From: Alphaproteobacteria bacterium
Lineage (GTDB): Bacteria; Pseudomonadota; Alphaproteobacteria; CACIAM-22H2
Assembly: GCA_041690495.1 (NCBI GenBank)
Contig: JAWLHE010000004.1
Coordinates: forward strand, 139,544 to 203,543
Length of the DNA: 64,000 nucleotides
Direction of reading: 5' to 3'
The notes under the pieces are model-generated. The model did no database searches. It was given only the letters and a program-made list of their open reading frames with translations, and had not been told where the DNA came from. Positions 40,498 through 49,932 of the stretch are shown here, in pieces (within the stretch, counting starts at the first letter, position 1; every line of letters begins with the position of its first letter). The position numbers and the translations under genes were made by a program.

Positions 40498-43253
40498 GCG
40501 GTCTGTTCGGAGCTTTGGCGGTGTTGCAGCCGTGGTGGCTGCTTGCGCTCGGCGCGCTGCCGATCCTCTACTGGCTGCTGCGGGTCACGCCGCCGGCGCC
40601 GCGGCACACGCGCTTTCCCGCGATCCGCCTGCTGCTTGCCCTGCAGCCCAAGGAAGAGACGCCGGCGCAGACCCCGCTCTGGCTGCTGCTGCTCCGGCTG
40701 CTCATTGCCGCGCTGATCATCCTCGCCCTCGCCCATCCGCTCGCCAATCCGGGCGCGCGGCTGGCCGGCGCGGGGCCACTGATCCTGGTCGTCGACGACG
40801 GTTGGGCGGCGGGACGAAACTGGCCGGCGCGCCAGGCGGCGATGGCCGACCTGCTCGACCGCGCGGAGCGCGAGGAGCGCCCGGTGATGGTTCTCACGAC
40901 CGCGCCGACCGTGACCGGCGAGGCGCCGCGGGCATCGCGGCTGATGCGCGCGGCGGAGGCAAAAGCCCTCGTCGGTGCGCTGGCGCCCAAGCCCTGGCCG
41001 GTCGATCGCGCGGCTGCGCTGGCATCTCTCGAGGGCGTCTCGTTCCCCGATCAGGCAGCGGTTGTCTATCTGAGCGACGGGCTCGACGATGGCCAGGTCT
41101 TCGCCCTGGTGGAGCGCCTGCAGCGGACCGGCGGGGTCGAGCTGTTCGCCGATCCGCCGCAGGCCGCGCCCAGGCTGGTGATGCCGCCGAGTCACGAGGC
41201 GGGCGCCATGGTCGTGACCGCGACGCGCCTCGGAACGGCCGACGCCGACCATGCGGTGCTGCGCGCCTCGGGCGAGGACGGCCGGCTGATCGCCCGCGAG
41301 GAATTGCGCTGGGCGGAGGGCGAGCGCGACGCCACGCTTCACATCACCGTGCCGACCGAATTGCGCAACCGCATGGCGCGGCTCGATATCGAAGGCGAGA
41401 ATTCGGCCGGCGCCGTGGTGCTGCTCGACGAGCGCTGGCGCCGCAGGCCGGTCGGGCTCGTGTCGGGCGCATCGGCCGAGCGGCTGCAGCCGCTGCTGGC
41501 CGACACCTATTATCTGGAGCGCGCGCTGATGCCATTCAGCGAGGTGCGTACCGGCAACCTGCAGGATCTGCTCGAGCGCCAGCTCGCCGTCATCGTCCTC
41601 GCCGATGTCGGACACCTGCCCGATGCGGATCGCAACGCGCTCGAGGAATGGGTGAGCCGCGGCGGCGTGGTCGTGCGGTTCGCCGGGGCGCGGATGGCCG
41701 AAGGTGCCGACGATTTCGTGCCGGTGCCGCTGCGCAGCGGCGGCGGCGGGCGCGCGTTCGGCGGCGCCATGACCTGGGCGCAGCCGCTGGCGCTGTCGGC
41801 ATTCGAGCCGAGCAGCCCGTTCGCCGGGGTCCAGATTCCCGACGATGTCCGCGTTTCGCGCCAGGTCCTGGCGGAGCCCAGCCTTGATCTCGCCGACCGC
41901 ACCTGGGCACGGCTCGCCGACGGCACGCCGCTCGTCACGGCAGACAAGCGCGGCGAAGGCTGGCTCATCCTCGTTCACACCACGGCCAATCCCGACTGGT
42001 CGTCGCTGCCGCTTTCGGGGCTGTTCGTCGAGATGCTCCAGCGCGTCGTCGCGCTGTCGCAGGGCGTAGCCGGCGCCGCGGCCGACACTGCGCTGCCGCC
42101 GGTCAGTTCGCTCGACGGTTTCGGACGGCTGCAGACGCCGCCGCCGGCGGCGGCGGCAATCCCGGCCGGCGGCTTCGCCAGCACGGTCGTCAGCCCAAAG
42201 AGCCCGCCGGGCTACTACGGTACCGAGTCGGCGCGGCGCGCGCTGAATCTGTCGGCCAGCATGCCCGCGCCCCGACTCCTCAATACCCTGCCATCCGGCG
42301 TCACGCGCGCCGTGTATACCGGCGCCCGCGAGTTCGATTTCCGTCCGTGGCTGCTGACCGCGGCGCTTGCTCTCGCCCTGATCGATCTCATCATCAGCCT
42401 GGCGCTGCGCGGCATGTGGCCGCGGCGCGGCGCACGCACGGCGGCGGCGCTGATCCTCGCGCCGCTTCTTGCCGGTCTGAGCATCGGGCCGGCGATCGCC
42501 CAGGGTCAGGCCGCCGGCGCACCGGTCGCCGGGGACGATTCCGCGGCGCTGATCGCCACGCTGACCACGCGATTCGCGTACATCCACACCGGCGTTCCCG
42601 AAGTCGACGAGACCGCGCGCGCGGGCCTGACCGGGCTGGGTGCGATTCTGGCGCGGCGAACAGCGGTCGATCCCGGTCCTCCGGTCGAGGTCAACCCCGA
42701 GCTCGACGACCTGTCGTTCTATCCGCTGATTTACTGGCCGATTGCGCCACAGGGAGCGCAGCCATCGGCGAACGGTATCGCGCGGATCAACGCCTATCTC
42801 AAGAACGGGGGAACTATCCTGTTCGACACGCGCGAGGGCGAGATGGCCGCGCCCAATGCACCCGGTCCCGCGGCGCAGCGCATGCGCGACATCCTGCGCC
42901 AGCTCAATCTCGCGCCGCTCGCCCCGGTCCCGGACGACCATGTGCTGACCAAGGCGTTCTACCTGCTGAACGATTTTCCCGGGCGATGGAGCGGCGGGCC
43001 AGTGTGGGTCGAGCTCGGCAATGACCGCATCAATGACGGCGTCTCGTCGGTCGTGATCGGCCCGAACGACTGGGCCGCGGCCTGGGCGATGGATGCAAGC
43101 GGGCGGCCGATCCATGCCGCCGTGCCCGGCGGCGAGGCGCAGCGCGAAACGGCGATCCGGTTCGGCGTCAATCTGGTCATGTACGCGCTGACCGGCAACT
43201 ACAAGGCCGATCAGGTCCATGTCGAGGCGATCCTCGAGCGGCTGAAGCGATGA
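40494..43253 (+). CDS. BatA-like N-terminal double-TM domain / DUF4159 C-terminal domain protein
   Basis: GTGA overlap with DUF58. N-terminus LQPWWLLALGALPILYWLLRV. C-terminus YPLIYWPI..YLKNGGTILFDTR..FYLLNDFPG..LTGNYKADQVH. Confidence 0.7.
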   Translation: MSGLFGALAVLQPWWLLALGALPILYWLLRVTPPAPRHTRFPAIRLLLALQPKEETPAQTPLWLLLLRLLIAALIILALAHPLANPGARLAGAGPLILVVDDGWAAGRNWPARQAAMADLLDRAEREERPVMVLTTAPTVTGEAPRASRLMRAAEAKALVGALAPKPWPVDRAAALASLEGVSFPDQAAVVYLSDGLDDGQVFALVERLQRTGGVELFADPPQAAPRLVMPPSHEAGAMVVTATRLGTADADHAVLRASGEDGRLIAREELRWAEGERDATLHITVPTELRNRMARLDIEGENSAGAVVLLDERWRRRPVGLVSGASAERLQPLLADTYYLERALMPFSEVRTGNLQDLLERQLAVIVLADVGHLPDADRNALEEWVSRGGVVVRFAGARMAEGADDFVPVPLRSGGGGRAFGGAMTWAQPLALSAFEPSSPFAGVQIPDDVRVSRQVLAEPSLDLADRTWARLADGTPLVTADKRGEGWLILVHTTANPDWSSLPLSGLFVEMLQRVVALSQGVAGAAADTALPPVSSLDGFGRLQTPPPAAAAIPAGGFASTVVSPKSPPGYYGTESARRALNLSASMPAPRLLNTLPSGVTRAVYTGAREFDFRPWLLTAALALALIDLIISLALRGMWPRRGARTAAALILAPLLAGLSIGPAIAQGQAAGAPVAGDDSAALIATLTTRFAYIHTGVPEVDETARAGLTGLGAILARRTAVDPGPPVEVNPELDDLSFYPLIYWPIAPQGAQPSANGIARINAYLKNGGTILFDTREGEMAAPNAPGPAAQRMRDILRQLNLAPLAPVPDDHVLTKAFYLLNDFPGRWSGGPVWVELGNDRINDGVSSVVIGPNDWAAAWAMDASGRPIHAAVPGGEAQRETAIRFGVNLVMYALTGNYKADQVHVEAILERLKR

Positions 43254-45319
43254 ATATCGGCGACCTCACGATCAGCTTCGGACCGCTGGTGCCATGGCCG
43301 GTGCTTGGCGGACTCGCCGCCGTCGCGGCCGCGACCCTGATCGCGACATGGTGGCTGCGTGCGCGGGGCGCCGTGTGGCGGACCATCGCGGTGCTCGGGC
43401 TGCTTGCCGCCCTGCTCAATCCGACCGCGGTGCTGGAGCAGCGCCAGCCGCTCTCCGACGTTGCCGTCGTGGTCGTAGACGAGTCGAGAAGCCAGGCGAT
43501 CGGCCAGCGCCGCGCGCGCACCGAAGCCGCGCTCGAGCACCTTCGCAGCCGGCTTGCGCACCAGAAGGACCTGGAATTGCGCGTCGTTCGCGCGAGCGGC
43601 GGCGTCGGAACCAAGCTGTTCGCGGCGGCCGAGCGCGCCCTCGCGGACGTGCCGCGCTCGCGCATCGCCGGCGTCACCTTCATCACCGACGGGCAGATCC
43701 ATGACGTGCCGCGCGAGGCGAACCCGGAGCAGCTCCCAACGCCGCTCCATGTCCTGCTGACCGGCGAGCACAACGAGGTCGACCGGCGCCTGATCGTCGA
43801 GAGCGCGCCGAGCTACGGCATCGTCGGGAAACCGCTGCAGATCACGCTGCGGATAGACGACGGCGGCGCCACGCCGGGCCAGACCGCGCGTGTGGAGATT
43901 CGCCGCGACGGCGGCGAGCCGCAGACATTGCGTCTACCCGTCGGCTCGCCGCAGACCATCGACTTCACGCTTGAGCACGGAGGCCAGACGCTGTTCGAGA
44001 TCGCGGCCGAGCAGGGAGAGCGCGAGCTGACGCTCGACAACAACCGCGCAGTGGTGGCGATCAACGGCGTGCGCGACCGGCTGCGCGTCCTGCTCGTCAC
44101 CGGCGAGCCGCATCCGGGCGAGCGGACCTGGCGCAATCTGCTCAAGTCCGATCCAGCGGTCGATCTCATCCATTTCACGATTCTGCGTCCGCCCGAGGCG
44201 CAGGACTTCACGCCGGTCAACGAGCTGTCTCTCATCGCGTTTCCGATCCGCGAGCTGTTCGAGGTCAAGCTCAACGAGTTCGACCTGATCATCTTCGACC
44301 GCTACCGGCGCCGCGACGTGCTGGCGCAGGTCTATCTCGAGAACATCGTGCGCTACGTACGCGGCGGCGGCGCGTTGCTGGTCGCGACCGGCCCGACCCT
44401 CAGCTCGCCGGGCAACCTGTTCAACTCGCCGGTCGGCCAGATCCTCCCCGGCGCCCCGACGGGCGCGAGTTACGAGGAGGGCTTCAAGCCGCGTCTCAGT
44501 GAGGCGGGCCGCCGGCATCCGGTCACCGCCGACCTGCCCGGCGCCGAGGCCGCCGACCCGGGCTGGGGCCGCTGGTTCCGCCATATCGATACCGAGCCGC
44601 GGCGCGGCCAGGTCCTGATGAACGGCGTCAACGACCGGCCGCTGCTGATCCTCGACCGCGTCGGCGACGGCCGCGTCGCGCAGATCATGTCCGATCACAT
44701 CTGGCTGTGGGCGCGCGGCTTCGAGGGCGGCGGCCCGCATGCCGAGCTTCTGCGCCGCATCGCCCACTGGCTTATGAAGGAACCGGAGCTCGAGGAGAAT
44801 GATCTGCGCGCGAGCGTCCGCGGCAACATGATCGAGATCATGCGCCGCTCGCTCGAGGCCGACGGCCGCAATGTCGAGGTGACCTCGCCGTCCGGCGCCA
44901 AGCAGACGGTCGCGCTGACCGAGGGCCGCGGCGGCCGCGCCGCCGGATCGCTCGAGGCGAAGGAGCCGGGGCTCTATCACGTCACCGACGGAACCAAGGT
45001 TGCGCTGGCGGCAGTAGGCGCGCTGAATCCGATCGAGCTTGCCGACGTGCGAACCACGGAGGAGCTGGTGAAGCCGGTCGTCGTCGCGGCGAACGGCCAG
45101 ACGCTTTGGCTCAGCGACGGACAACCCGACATCCGCCGCGTACGTCCGGGCCGCGACGCCGGCGCGCGCGAGCCGAACGGCCGCGGCTGGATCGGCTTCC
45201 GCGCCAATGGCGACTACATCGTGACCGGCGTCACGCAGCTGCCGCTGCTGCCCGGCCTCGTGCTGTTCGCGCTGGCTCTCGGCGCGCTCGTGCTCGCATG
45301 GCGCCGCGAAGGGCGCTGA
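43250..45319 (+). CDS. Membrane protein of the MoxR operon, function unknown
   Basis: ATGA overlap with the upstream gene. Two N-terminal TM helices and one C-terminal TM helix. 689 aa. Family not recognised with certainty. Confidence 0.55.
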   Translation: MNIGDLTISFGPLVPWPVLGGLAAVAAATLIATWWLRARGAVWRTIAVLGLLAALLNPTAVLEQRQPLSDVAVVVVDESRSQAIGQRRARTEAALEHLRSRLAHQKDLELRVVRASGGVGTKLFAAAERALADVPRSRIAGVTFITDGQIHDVPREANPEQLPTPLHVLLTGEHNEVDRRLIVESAPSYGIVGKPLQITLRIDDGGATPGQTARVEIRRDGGEPQTLRLPVGSPQTIDFTLEHGGQTLFEIAAEQGERELTLDNNRAVVAINGVRDRLRVLLVTGEPHPGERTWRNLLKSDPAVDLIHFTILRPPEAQDFTPVNELSLIAFPIRELFEVKLNEFDLIIFDRYRRRDVLAQVYLENIVRYVRGGGALLVATGPTLSSPGNLFNSPVGQILPGAPTGASYEEGFKPRLSEAGRRHPVTADLPGAEAADPGWGRWFRHIDTEPRRGQVLMNGVNDRPLLILDRVGDGRVAQIMSDHIWLWARGFEGGGPHAELLRRIAHWLMKEPELEENDLRASVRGNMIEIMRRSLEADGRNVEVTSPSGAKQTVALTEGRGGRAAGSLEAKEPGLYHVTDGTKVALAAVGALNPIELADVRTTEELVKPVVVAANGQTLWLSDGQPDIRRVRPGRDAGAREPNGRGWIGFRANGDYIVTGVTQLPLLPGLVLFALALGALVLAWRREGR

Positions 45320-45813
45320 CCTTCGGTGCGCGCTCGGTGAGTCCCGGCCGGGACATCGCTGCGCTCGCCGCTTTCATCATTCTTGTCTTTGCCGTCGCAT
45401 GGATCGCATCGGCGGTGACCCTGCCGGCGATCCCCGGCTGGTATGCGTCGCTGGAAAAGCCCTCCTTCACGCCGCCGAACTGGCTGTTCGGGCCGGTCTG
45501 GGGCGTTCTCTATCTGATGATCGCGCTCGCCGGCTGGCTGGTCTGGCGCGATCGCAGTCCGGCGCGGAACCGCGCGCTCATCCTGTTCGGCGTGCAGCTC
45601 GCGCTCAATCTCGCGTGGTCTGTCCTCTTCTTCGGTTTGAAGCTGATCGGACCGGCGCTGATCGAAATCATCGTCCTGCTCGCTGCGATCGGCGCGACGA
45701 TCGTTACGACGCTCCATGTCTCCAGGACGGCGGCGTTGCTGCTCGTGCCGTATCTGGCCTGGGTGGCATATGCAACGGCGCTCAATGCAGCGATCTTCCG
45801 CCTGAATTCCTGA
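45298..45813 (+). CDS. tspO: TspO/MBR tryptophan-rich sensory protein
   Basis: PPNWLFGPVWGVLYLMIALAGWLVW, LNLAWSVLFF, PYLAWVAYATALN. ATG 45298 overlaps the upstream gene by 22 nt. An alternative GTG at 45337 lies 17 nt after its stop. Confidence 0.85.
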   Translation: MAPRRALTFGARSVSPGRDIAALAAFIILVFAVAWIASAVTLPAIPGWYASLEKPSFTPPNWLFGPVWGVLYLMIALAGWLVWRDRSPARNRALILFGVQLALNLAWSVLFFGLKLIGPALIEIIVLLAAIGATIVTTLHVSRTAALLLVPYLAWVAYATALNAAIFRLNS

Positions 45814-45833
45814 CGCCGTTCTGCAGCAGCGCG

Positions 45834-45874
45834 AAAACAAAGCCGGCGCCATCGGAGGGGATGATGGCGCCGGC
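45834..45874 (-). terminator. Intrinsic terminator downstream of the SMP-30-like gene
   Basis: On the minus strand: GCCGGCGCCATC-atcccctcc-GATGGCGCCGGC followed by TTTGTTTTC. Confidence 0.6.
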
Positions 45875-46066
45875 CCTGTCACCACGGAGACAGACTGCAA
45901 TCGCGGCCCGCCTGGAGGCGCAAGTGGCGGTTGCCGCAACTGCCTCGCACTCGAAGGAACGGCAGTCATTCCAGCAGGTTCCCTCGCTAACAGGAGCTAC
46001 CCTTTAGACTCGCGCCAGCCCCGCATGAATCGGATGGGTTGTGTGGACAACTCGGAATCGACCCTG

Positions 46067-46969
46067 TCAAGCTCGCTGCGAAGCTGCAAACGCGGGCTCC
46101 GGCAACCCGCGGATGCCGGGGCGCAGCGACAGGACGCTGCCGGAGAGCGGGCTTCGCGCCAGCTCCGCATCGGCCAGGCCGATCCGCGCCGAGGTGATGT
46201 ACAGGGTGTCGAGACCGGCGCCGCCAAAGGCGCAGCTCGTCGGACGGGGCACCGGGACGCGAACAACCTTGGCGATGCGCCCGTCCGGCGCATACCGCGT
46301 CACGCGCCAGCCGTCCCAATGCGCGCTCCACACATGCCCGGCCGCATCGACGCACAGGCCGTCGGGAAAGCCGGCATCTTCGGGAATTGCCGCAAACGAA
46401 CGCCGGTTGGCGATCGCGCCGCTTTCGATGTCGAAGTCGTAGGCGTAGATGCGCCGCGCGACCGAGTCCGTGAAATAGAAGACGCGGTCGTCCGGGCTCC
46501 AGCCGAGCCCGTTGCCGATCACAAATCCGTCCGCCATGCGCACGCAGCGCTGCACGCCGTCAAGCCGGTACAGGCTCCCGCTCGGATCGGTCTCGCCGTC
46601 ATGCATGCTCGCCGCCCAGAACCGGCCGGCACGGTCGCACTTGCCGTCATTGAAGCGGTTGCCCGGCCGGTCCGCCTCGGGCGTGCAGAAGGCGGGAGAG
46701 AGCATCCCGCCGTCGTCGATATAGGCGAATCCGGAACGCGCCGCGGCGATCAGCCCGCCGCCCATTCGCAGCGCGACCGCGCCGACGGCTTCGCTCAGCC
46801 GCGTGACGCGCGTGATGCCGGCGGCGGTATCGTGGCGGAACAGGCGCGGGTCTTTGATATCGACCCAGTAGAGGGCCTGCTCGCCGGGAGACCATAGCGG
46901 CGACTCGCCGAGTAGCGCGTCTGCCCGCACGGCGACATCGATCGCCGTCCCGCTGTCCGTCCATGACAT
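46067..46969 (-). CDS. SMP-30/gluconolactonase/LRE family protein
   Basis: GESPLWSPGEQALYWVDI, NDGKCDRAGRFW, PDGLCVDAAGHVW. AAGGAGGGGAG lies before ATG 46969. Confidence 0.85.
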   Translation of the reverse strand: MSWTDSGTAIDVAVRADALLGESPLWSPGEQALYWVDIKDPRLFRHDTAAGITRVTRLSEAVGAVALRMGGGLIAAARSGFAYIDDGGMLSPAFCTPEADRPGNRFNDGKCDRAGRFWAASMHDGETDPSGSLYRLDGVQRCVRMADGFVIGNGLGWSPDDRVFYFTDSVARRIYAYDFDIESGAIANRRSFAAIPEDAGFPDGLCVDAAGHVWSAHWDGWRVTRYAPDGRIAKVVRVPVPRPTSCAFGGAGLDTLYITSARIGLADAELARSPLSGSVLSLRPGIRGLPEPAFAASQRA

Positions 46970-47106
46970 GGGACTCCCCTCCTTACCGGCAAACGAAGCG
47001 GAGCCGGGCACCGTTCCGCGCCAGCGCAGGGTTTCCTGCGGTGGGCCGTGTATGGTTCATATCGGCGTCGCGATGCCGATGATGCCAAACTGACCTGAGG
47101 GAAACC

Positions 47107-47571
47107 ATGTTGCGATTCACCAGACTTGCGCCCTTCGCCGTCGCCGTGGCGCTCGGCACCGCCGCCGCTTCGCTGCCCGGCGCGTTCGCCCAGCCGGCGG
47201 CACCGCAGACCCAAGCCCAGGAGCGTCCGAGCCGGATCGAGGGCCGCATCGCCTTCCTGCGCACCGAGCTGAAGATCACCGATGCGCAGGCGTCGCTGTG
47301 GGACAACGTCGCGGCGGTGCTGCGCGAAAACGACCGTGCGCGGCGCGACGCCTTCGCTGGCATGCGCGCTGCGCGTGACCAGAAGCCGACAGTGCTGGAG
47401 CGGCTGGAGCGGCGCGAGAAGATGGCCGAGCGGCAGGCGGCCTCGGCCGCGAAACTCCGCGCGGCGCTCGAGCCGCTATACGCAGCCATGAGCGACGAGC
47501 AGAAGAAGACCGCCGACGAGCTCCTCGCCGGCGGCCGCCATCACGGCCGGATGGGCCACCGCCGCATCTGA
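47107..47571 (+). CDS. Periplasmic Spy/CpxP-like (LTxxQ-type) protein
   Basis: Signal peptide ..ASLPGAFAQ. Two LTxxQ-like motifs (LKITDAQ, AMSDEQ) in a helical, charged 154-aa protein. Confidence 0.6.
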   Translation: MLRFTRLAPFAVAVALGTAAASLPGAFAQPAAPQTQAQERPSRIEGRIAFLRTELKITDAQASLWDNVAAVLRENDRARRDAFAGMRAARDQKPTVLERLERREKMAERQAASAAKLRAALEPLYAAMSDEQKKTADELLAGGRHHGRMGHRRI

Positions 47572-47585
47572 CAAGATCTGGTTGA

Positions 47586-47628
47586 GGGATGCCCGCATCA
47601 ATCCGGGCGGGCATCCCCGCCATTTTTC
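47586..47628 (+). terminator. Intrinsic terminator after the Spy/CpxP-like gene
   Basis: GGGATGCCCGC-atcaatccgg-GCGGGCATCCC followed by CGCCATTTTT. A weaker second hairpin with a TTGTTTTT tail lies near 47666-47690. Confidence 0.7.
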
Positions 47629-47749
47629 GTCCGTCCTCTTGGTCATCCGCATCCGATTTCGCGGCGGCCGGGAAGGCCTCCCTTGTTTTTGCTGCGCCAA
47701 GCGCGGACACTTTCGCGCTCGAAAACCCGTCGGTGCGACATAGTCCCGG

Positions 47750-49201
47750 ATGCCTCGTTCCTTCTTCCTCGCCGCTCTCAACCGAACGCTCCGGCCCAGG
47801 TCCCTGCAGGCGCGTCTTGCCTGGAGATTGGCGGCGGTGTTGCTCGGCTCGGTCGTAACCGCTGGTTTGGCGCTGACGTGGACGGCCATCTATGCCATCG
47901 ACTCCCTCGATGACCGCGCCCTGCAGGCCCAGGCGGAGGACGTCGCCCGCCACATCCGGATCATCGACAATAAGGAAATCCGCGTCACCCTGCCCGAGCC
48001 GCTGGCGGCCGCTTACGCCCGGTCGGGCGGTGCCTTCGCCTATGTCGTTTACGGCCCCAACGGGCAACCTGTCGCGGCGTCGACGCCGGAAGCTCCGGCC
48101 CTTTTCGCTTCCCGGCTTGCGATGCCAAGCGGACCGAACCTGTTCACGATTCCTTCTGAAGGGGCCTTTGGTCCCTTCCACGGCTATGTGATGGACGTTC
48201 CAAGCGCGCGTGTAGCCGTGATGCAGGGCTCGATCCACAAGGACGTGCTGGCCGACTCCATCATCGAGGAGTTTCTGGAGGTGATCGGCTTCTGGATGAT
48301 CCCGGTCGTCCTCCTGTCGCTGCTGGTTGGCGTCATGACAATTCGCAGGGGGCTTGCGCCTCTCAACGAGATCTCGGCACAAGCTGCGGCGATCGGGCCA
48401 AATGCAACCGACGTGCGCCTGCCCGAAACCGGCCTGCCGCGCGAGATCGGGCCACTGGTCGAGGCGTTCAACCGCGCGATCGAGCGTCTCGCGCACGGCT
48501 TCGACGCGCAGCGCCGATTTACGGCCGATGTAGCCCATGAGCTGCGTACCCCGTTGGCGATCCTCAGCGCCCGGGTGGATACGATTGAAGATCCCCATGT
48601 CGCAGAAGCCCTCCGCCACGACGTTCAGCGGATGACGCGGATCGTCGAACAGCTCCTGCGCGTCGCGCGGCTGGAGGCGGACACACTCGACGTCTCCGCC
48701 CCTGTCGATCTCCGCGGCATTGCAGCCGAGGCGGTCGCCACCGTGGCGCCCCTGGCCGTGCGCCGCGGGCGCGAGGTTGCGCTCATAGGGGCCGAGCGGC
48801 CGGTGATCGTGTCCGGAAACGCTCCTGCGCTCGTCTCCGCCACCATGAACCTGATCGAGAATGCGCTTGCGCACGCGCCGCGCGGGACTACGGTGGAGGT
48901 CGAAGTCGACGCTGCCGGCGCGATCAGCGTCCTTGACCGCGGCCCCGGCATTCCCATCGCGGAGCGCGATCTTGTGTTCCGCCGGTTCTGGCGGCGCCCT
49001 GGGAACCGGGGGCCCGGCGCCGGCCTTGGCCTCGCGATCGTCGCGGAAACGGCGCGCGCGCACGGCGGATCCGTGATGGCGGAGAGCCGCGCGGGCGGCG
49101 GAAGCGTGTTCACGCTCCGCCTCCTGCGGGCGCCCAACCAGCGCGGCGACGTCGCCTCGGTGAGCGGCGAAGCGCCCCGCCCGGCGACGCATCCCGCCTA
49201 G
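47750..49201 (+). CDS. Sensor histidine kinase (two TM helices, HAMP, HisKA, HATPase_c)
   Basis: H-box FTADVAHELRTPLAIL, N-box NLIENALAHAP, G-boxes DRGPGIP and GLGLAIV. Confidence 0.9.
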   Translation: MPRSFFLAALNRTLRPRSLQARLAWRLAAVLLGSVVTAGLALTWTAIYAIDSLDDRALQAQAEDVARHIRIIDNKEIRVTLPEPLAAAYARSGGAFAYVVYGPNGQPVAASTPEAPALFASRLAMPSGPNLFTIPSEGAFGPFHGYVMDVPSARVAVMQGSIHKDVLADSIIEEFLEVIGFWMIPVVLLSLLVGVMTIRRGLAPLNEISAQAAAIGPNATDVRLPETGLPREIGPLVEAFNRAIERLAHGFDAQRRFTADVAHELRTPLAILSARVDTIEDPHVAEALRHDVQRMTRIVEQLLRVARLEADTLDVSAPVDLRGIAAEAVATVAPLAVRRGREVALIGAERPVIVSGNAPALVSATMNLIENALAHAPRGTTVEVEVDAAGAISVLDRGPGIPIAERDLVFRRFWRRPGNRGPGAGLGLAIVAETARAHGGSVMAESRAGGGSVFTLRLLRAPNQRGDVASVSGEAPRPATHPA

Positions 49202-49213
49202 TGTGAATACTGG

Positions 49214-49234
49214 CTGTCAGCTTCCTGTCAGCTT
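49214..49234 (+). promoter_or_regulatory. Tandem direct repeat CTGTCAGCTT x2 with 11-bp phasing (candidate OmpR-family response-regulator box)
   Basis: CTGTCAGCTTC CTGTCAGCTTG at 49214-49223 and 49225-49234. It lies 13 nt after the kinase stop and 47 nt upstream of ATG 49281. Confidence 0.45.
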
Positions 49235-49280
49235 GATCTGCGAAGTATCGGTGATCCGTTACCAGATCGAGGATACCGCC

Positions 49281-49922
49281 ATGCCGCTGCGTTCGTGGGT
49301 ACTTGCCGCCGCGTTGTGCACGGGACTCATCGGCACCGCGGAAGCGGCGCCGATTCCAGAGCAGCCGCTCGATTTCACGGTGACCCGAAACGGCGAACCC
49401 GTCGGCAAGCATGTGATCGCGTTCCGGCGCGCGGAGGACGGCGTCGCAGTCGACATCAAGACGAACGTCGCCGTCAAACTGGCGTTCATAACCGTTTACC
49501 GGTTCGAGCATCAGGGCAGCGAATTATGGCGCAGCGACCGTCTGTTTTCACTGCAGTCCACGACGAATGACGACGGCACGCAGCACTCGCTCCAGGTCGT
49601 TGCCAATGGAGGCAAACTGCAGATTACCGGCGACGGTGCACAATCGGCGGCCGACACCTCGATCGTTCCGGCAAGCCTTTGGAACCCTGCCCTCGTCGGC
49701 CAGTCCCATCTCCTCAACACGCTTGACGGCCGGCTGATGTCGGTCAGCATCGCGGACGCCGGCGCGAAGCAGGTTTCCGTTCGCGGACGTCCGGCGACGG
49801 CGCGGCACTATGTCGTGCGCGGCGAGCTGGAGCGCGACCTATGGTACGATGCCAACGGCACATTGGTCCGGGTCCGCTTCAATGGTCGCGACGGATCCGA
49901 TATCGTCTACGAGCTGCGCTGA
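49281..49922 (+). CDS. Secreted hypothetical protein encoded between kinase and regulator
   Basis: Signal peptide MPLRSWVLAAALCTGLIGTAEA, then a beta-rich-looking 190 aa. It may belong to a DUF family, but I cannot name it with certainty. Confidence 0.5.
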   Translation: MPLRSWVLAAALCTGLIGTAEAAPIPEQPLDFTVTRNGEPVGKHVIAFRRAEDGVAVDIKTNVAVKLAFITVYRFEHQGSELWRSDRLFSLQSTTNDDGTQHSLQVVANGGKLQITGDGAQSAADTSIVPASLWNPALVGQSHLLNTLDGRLMSVSIADAGAKQVSVRGRPATARHYVVRGELERDLWYDANGTLVRVRFNGRDGSDIVYELR

Positions 49923-49932
49923 GCTGCGGCCC

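Noticed and set aside
47087-47094. A single reverse-orientation GTCAGTTT half-site 13 nt upstream of the Spy/CpxP-like gene, as a third regulator box.
   Set aside because: There is only one half-site, it is on the opposite strand, and it has no phased partner. This is indistinguishable from chance.
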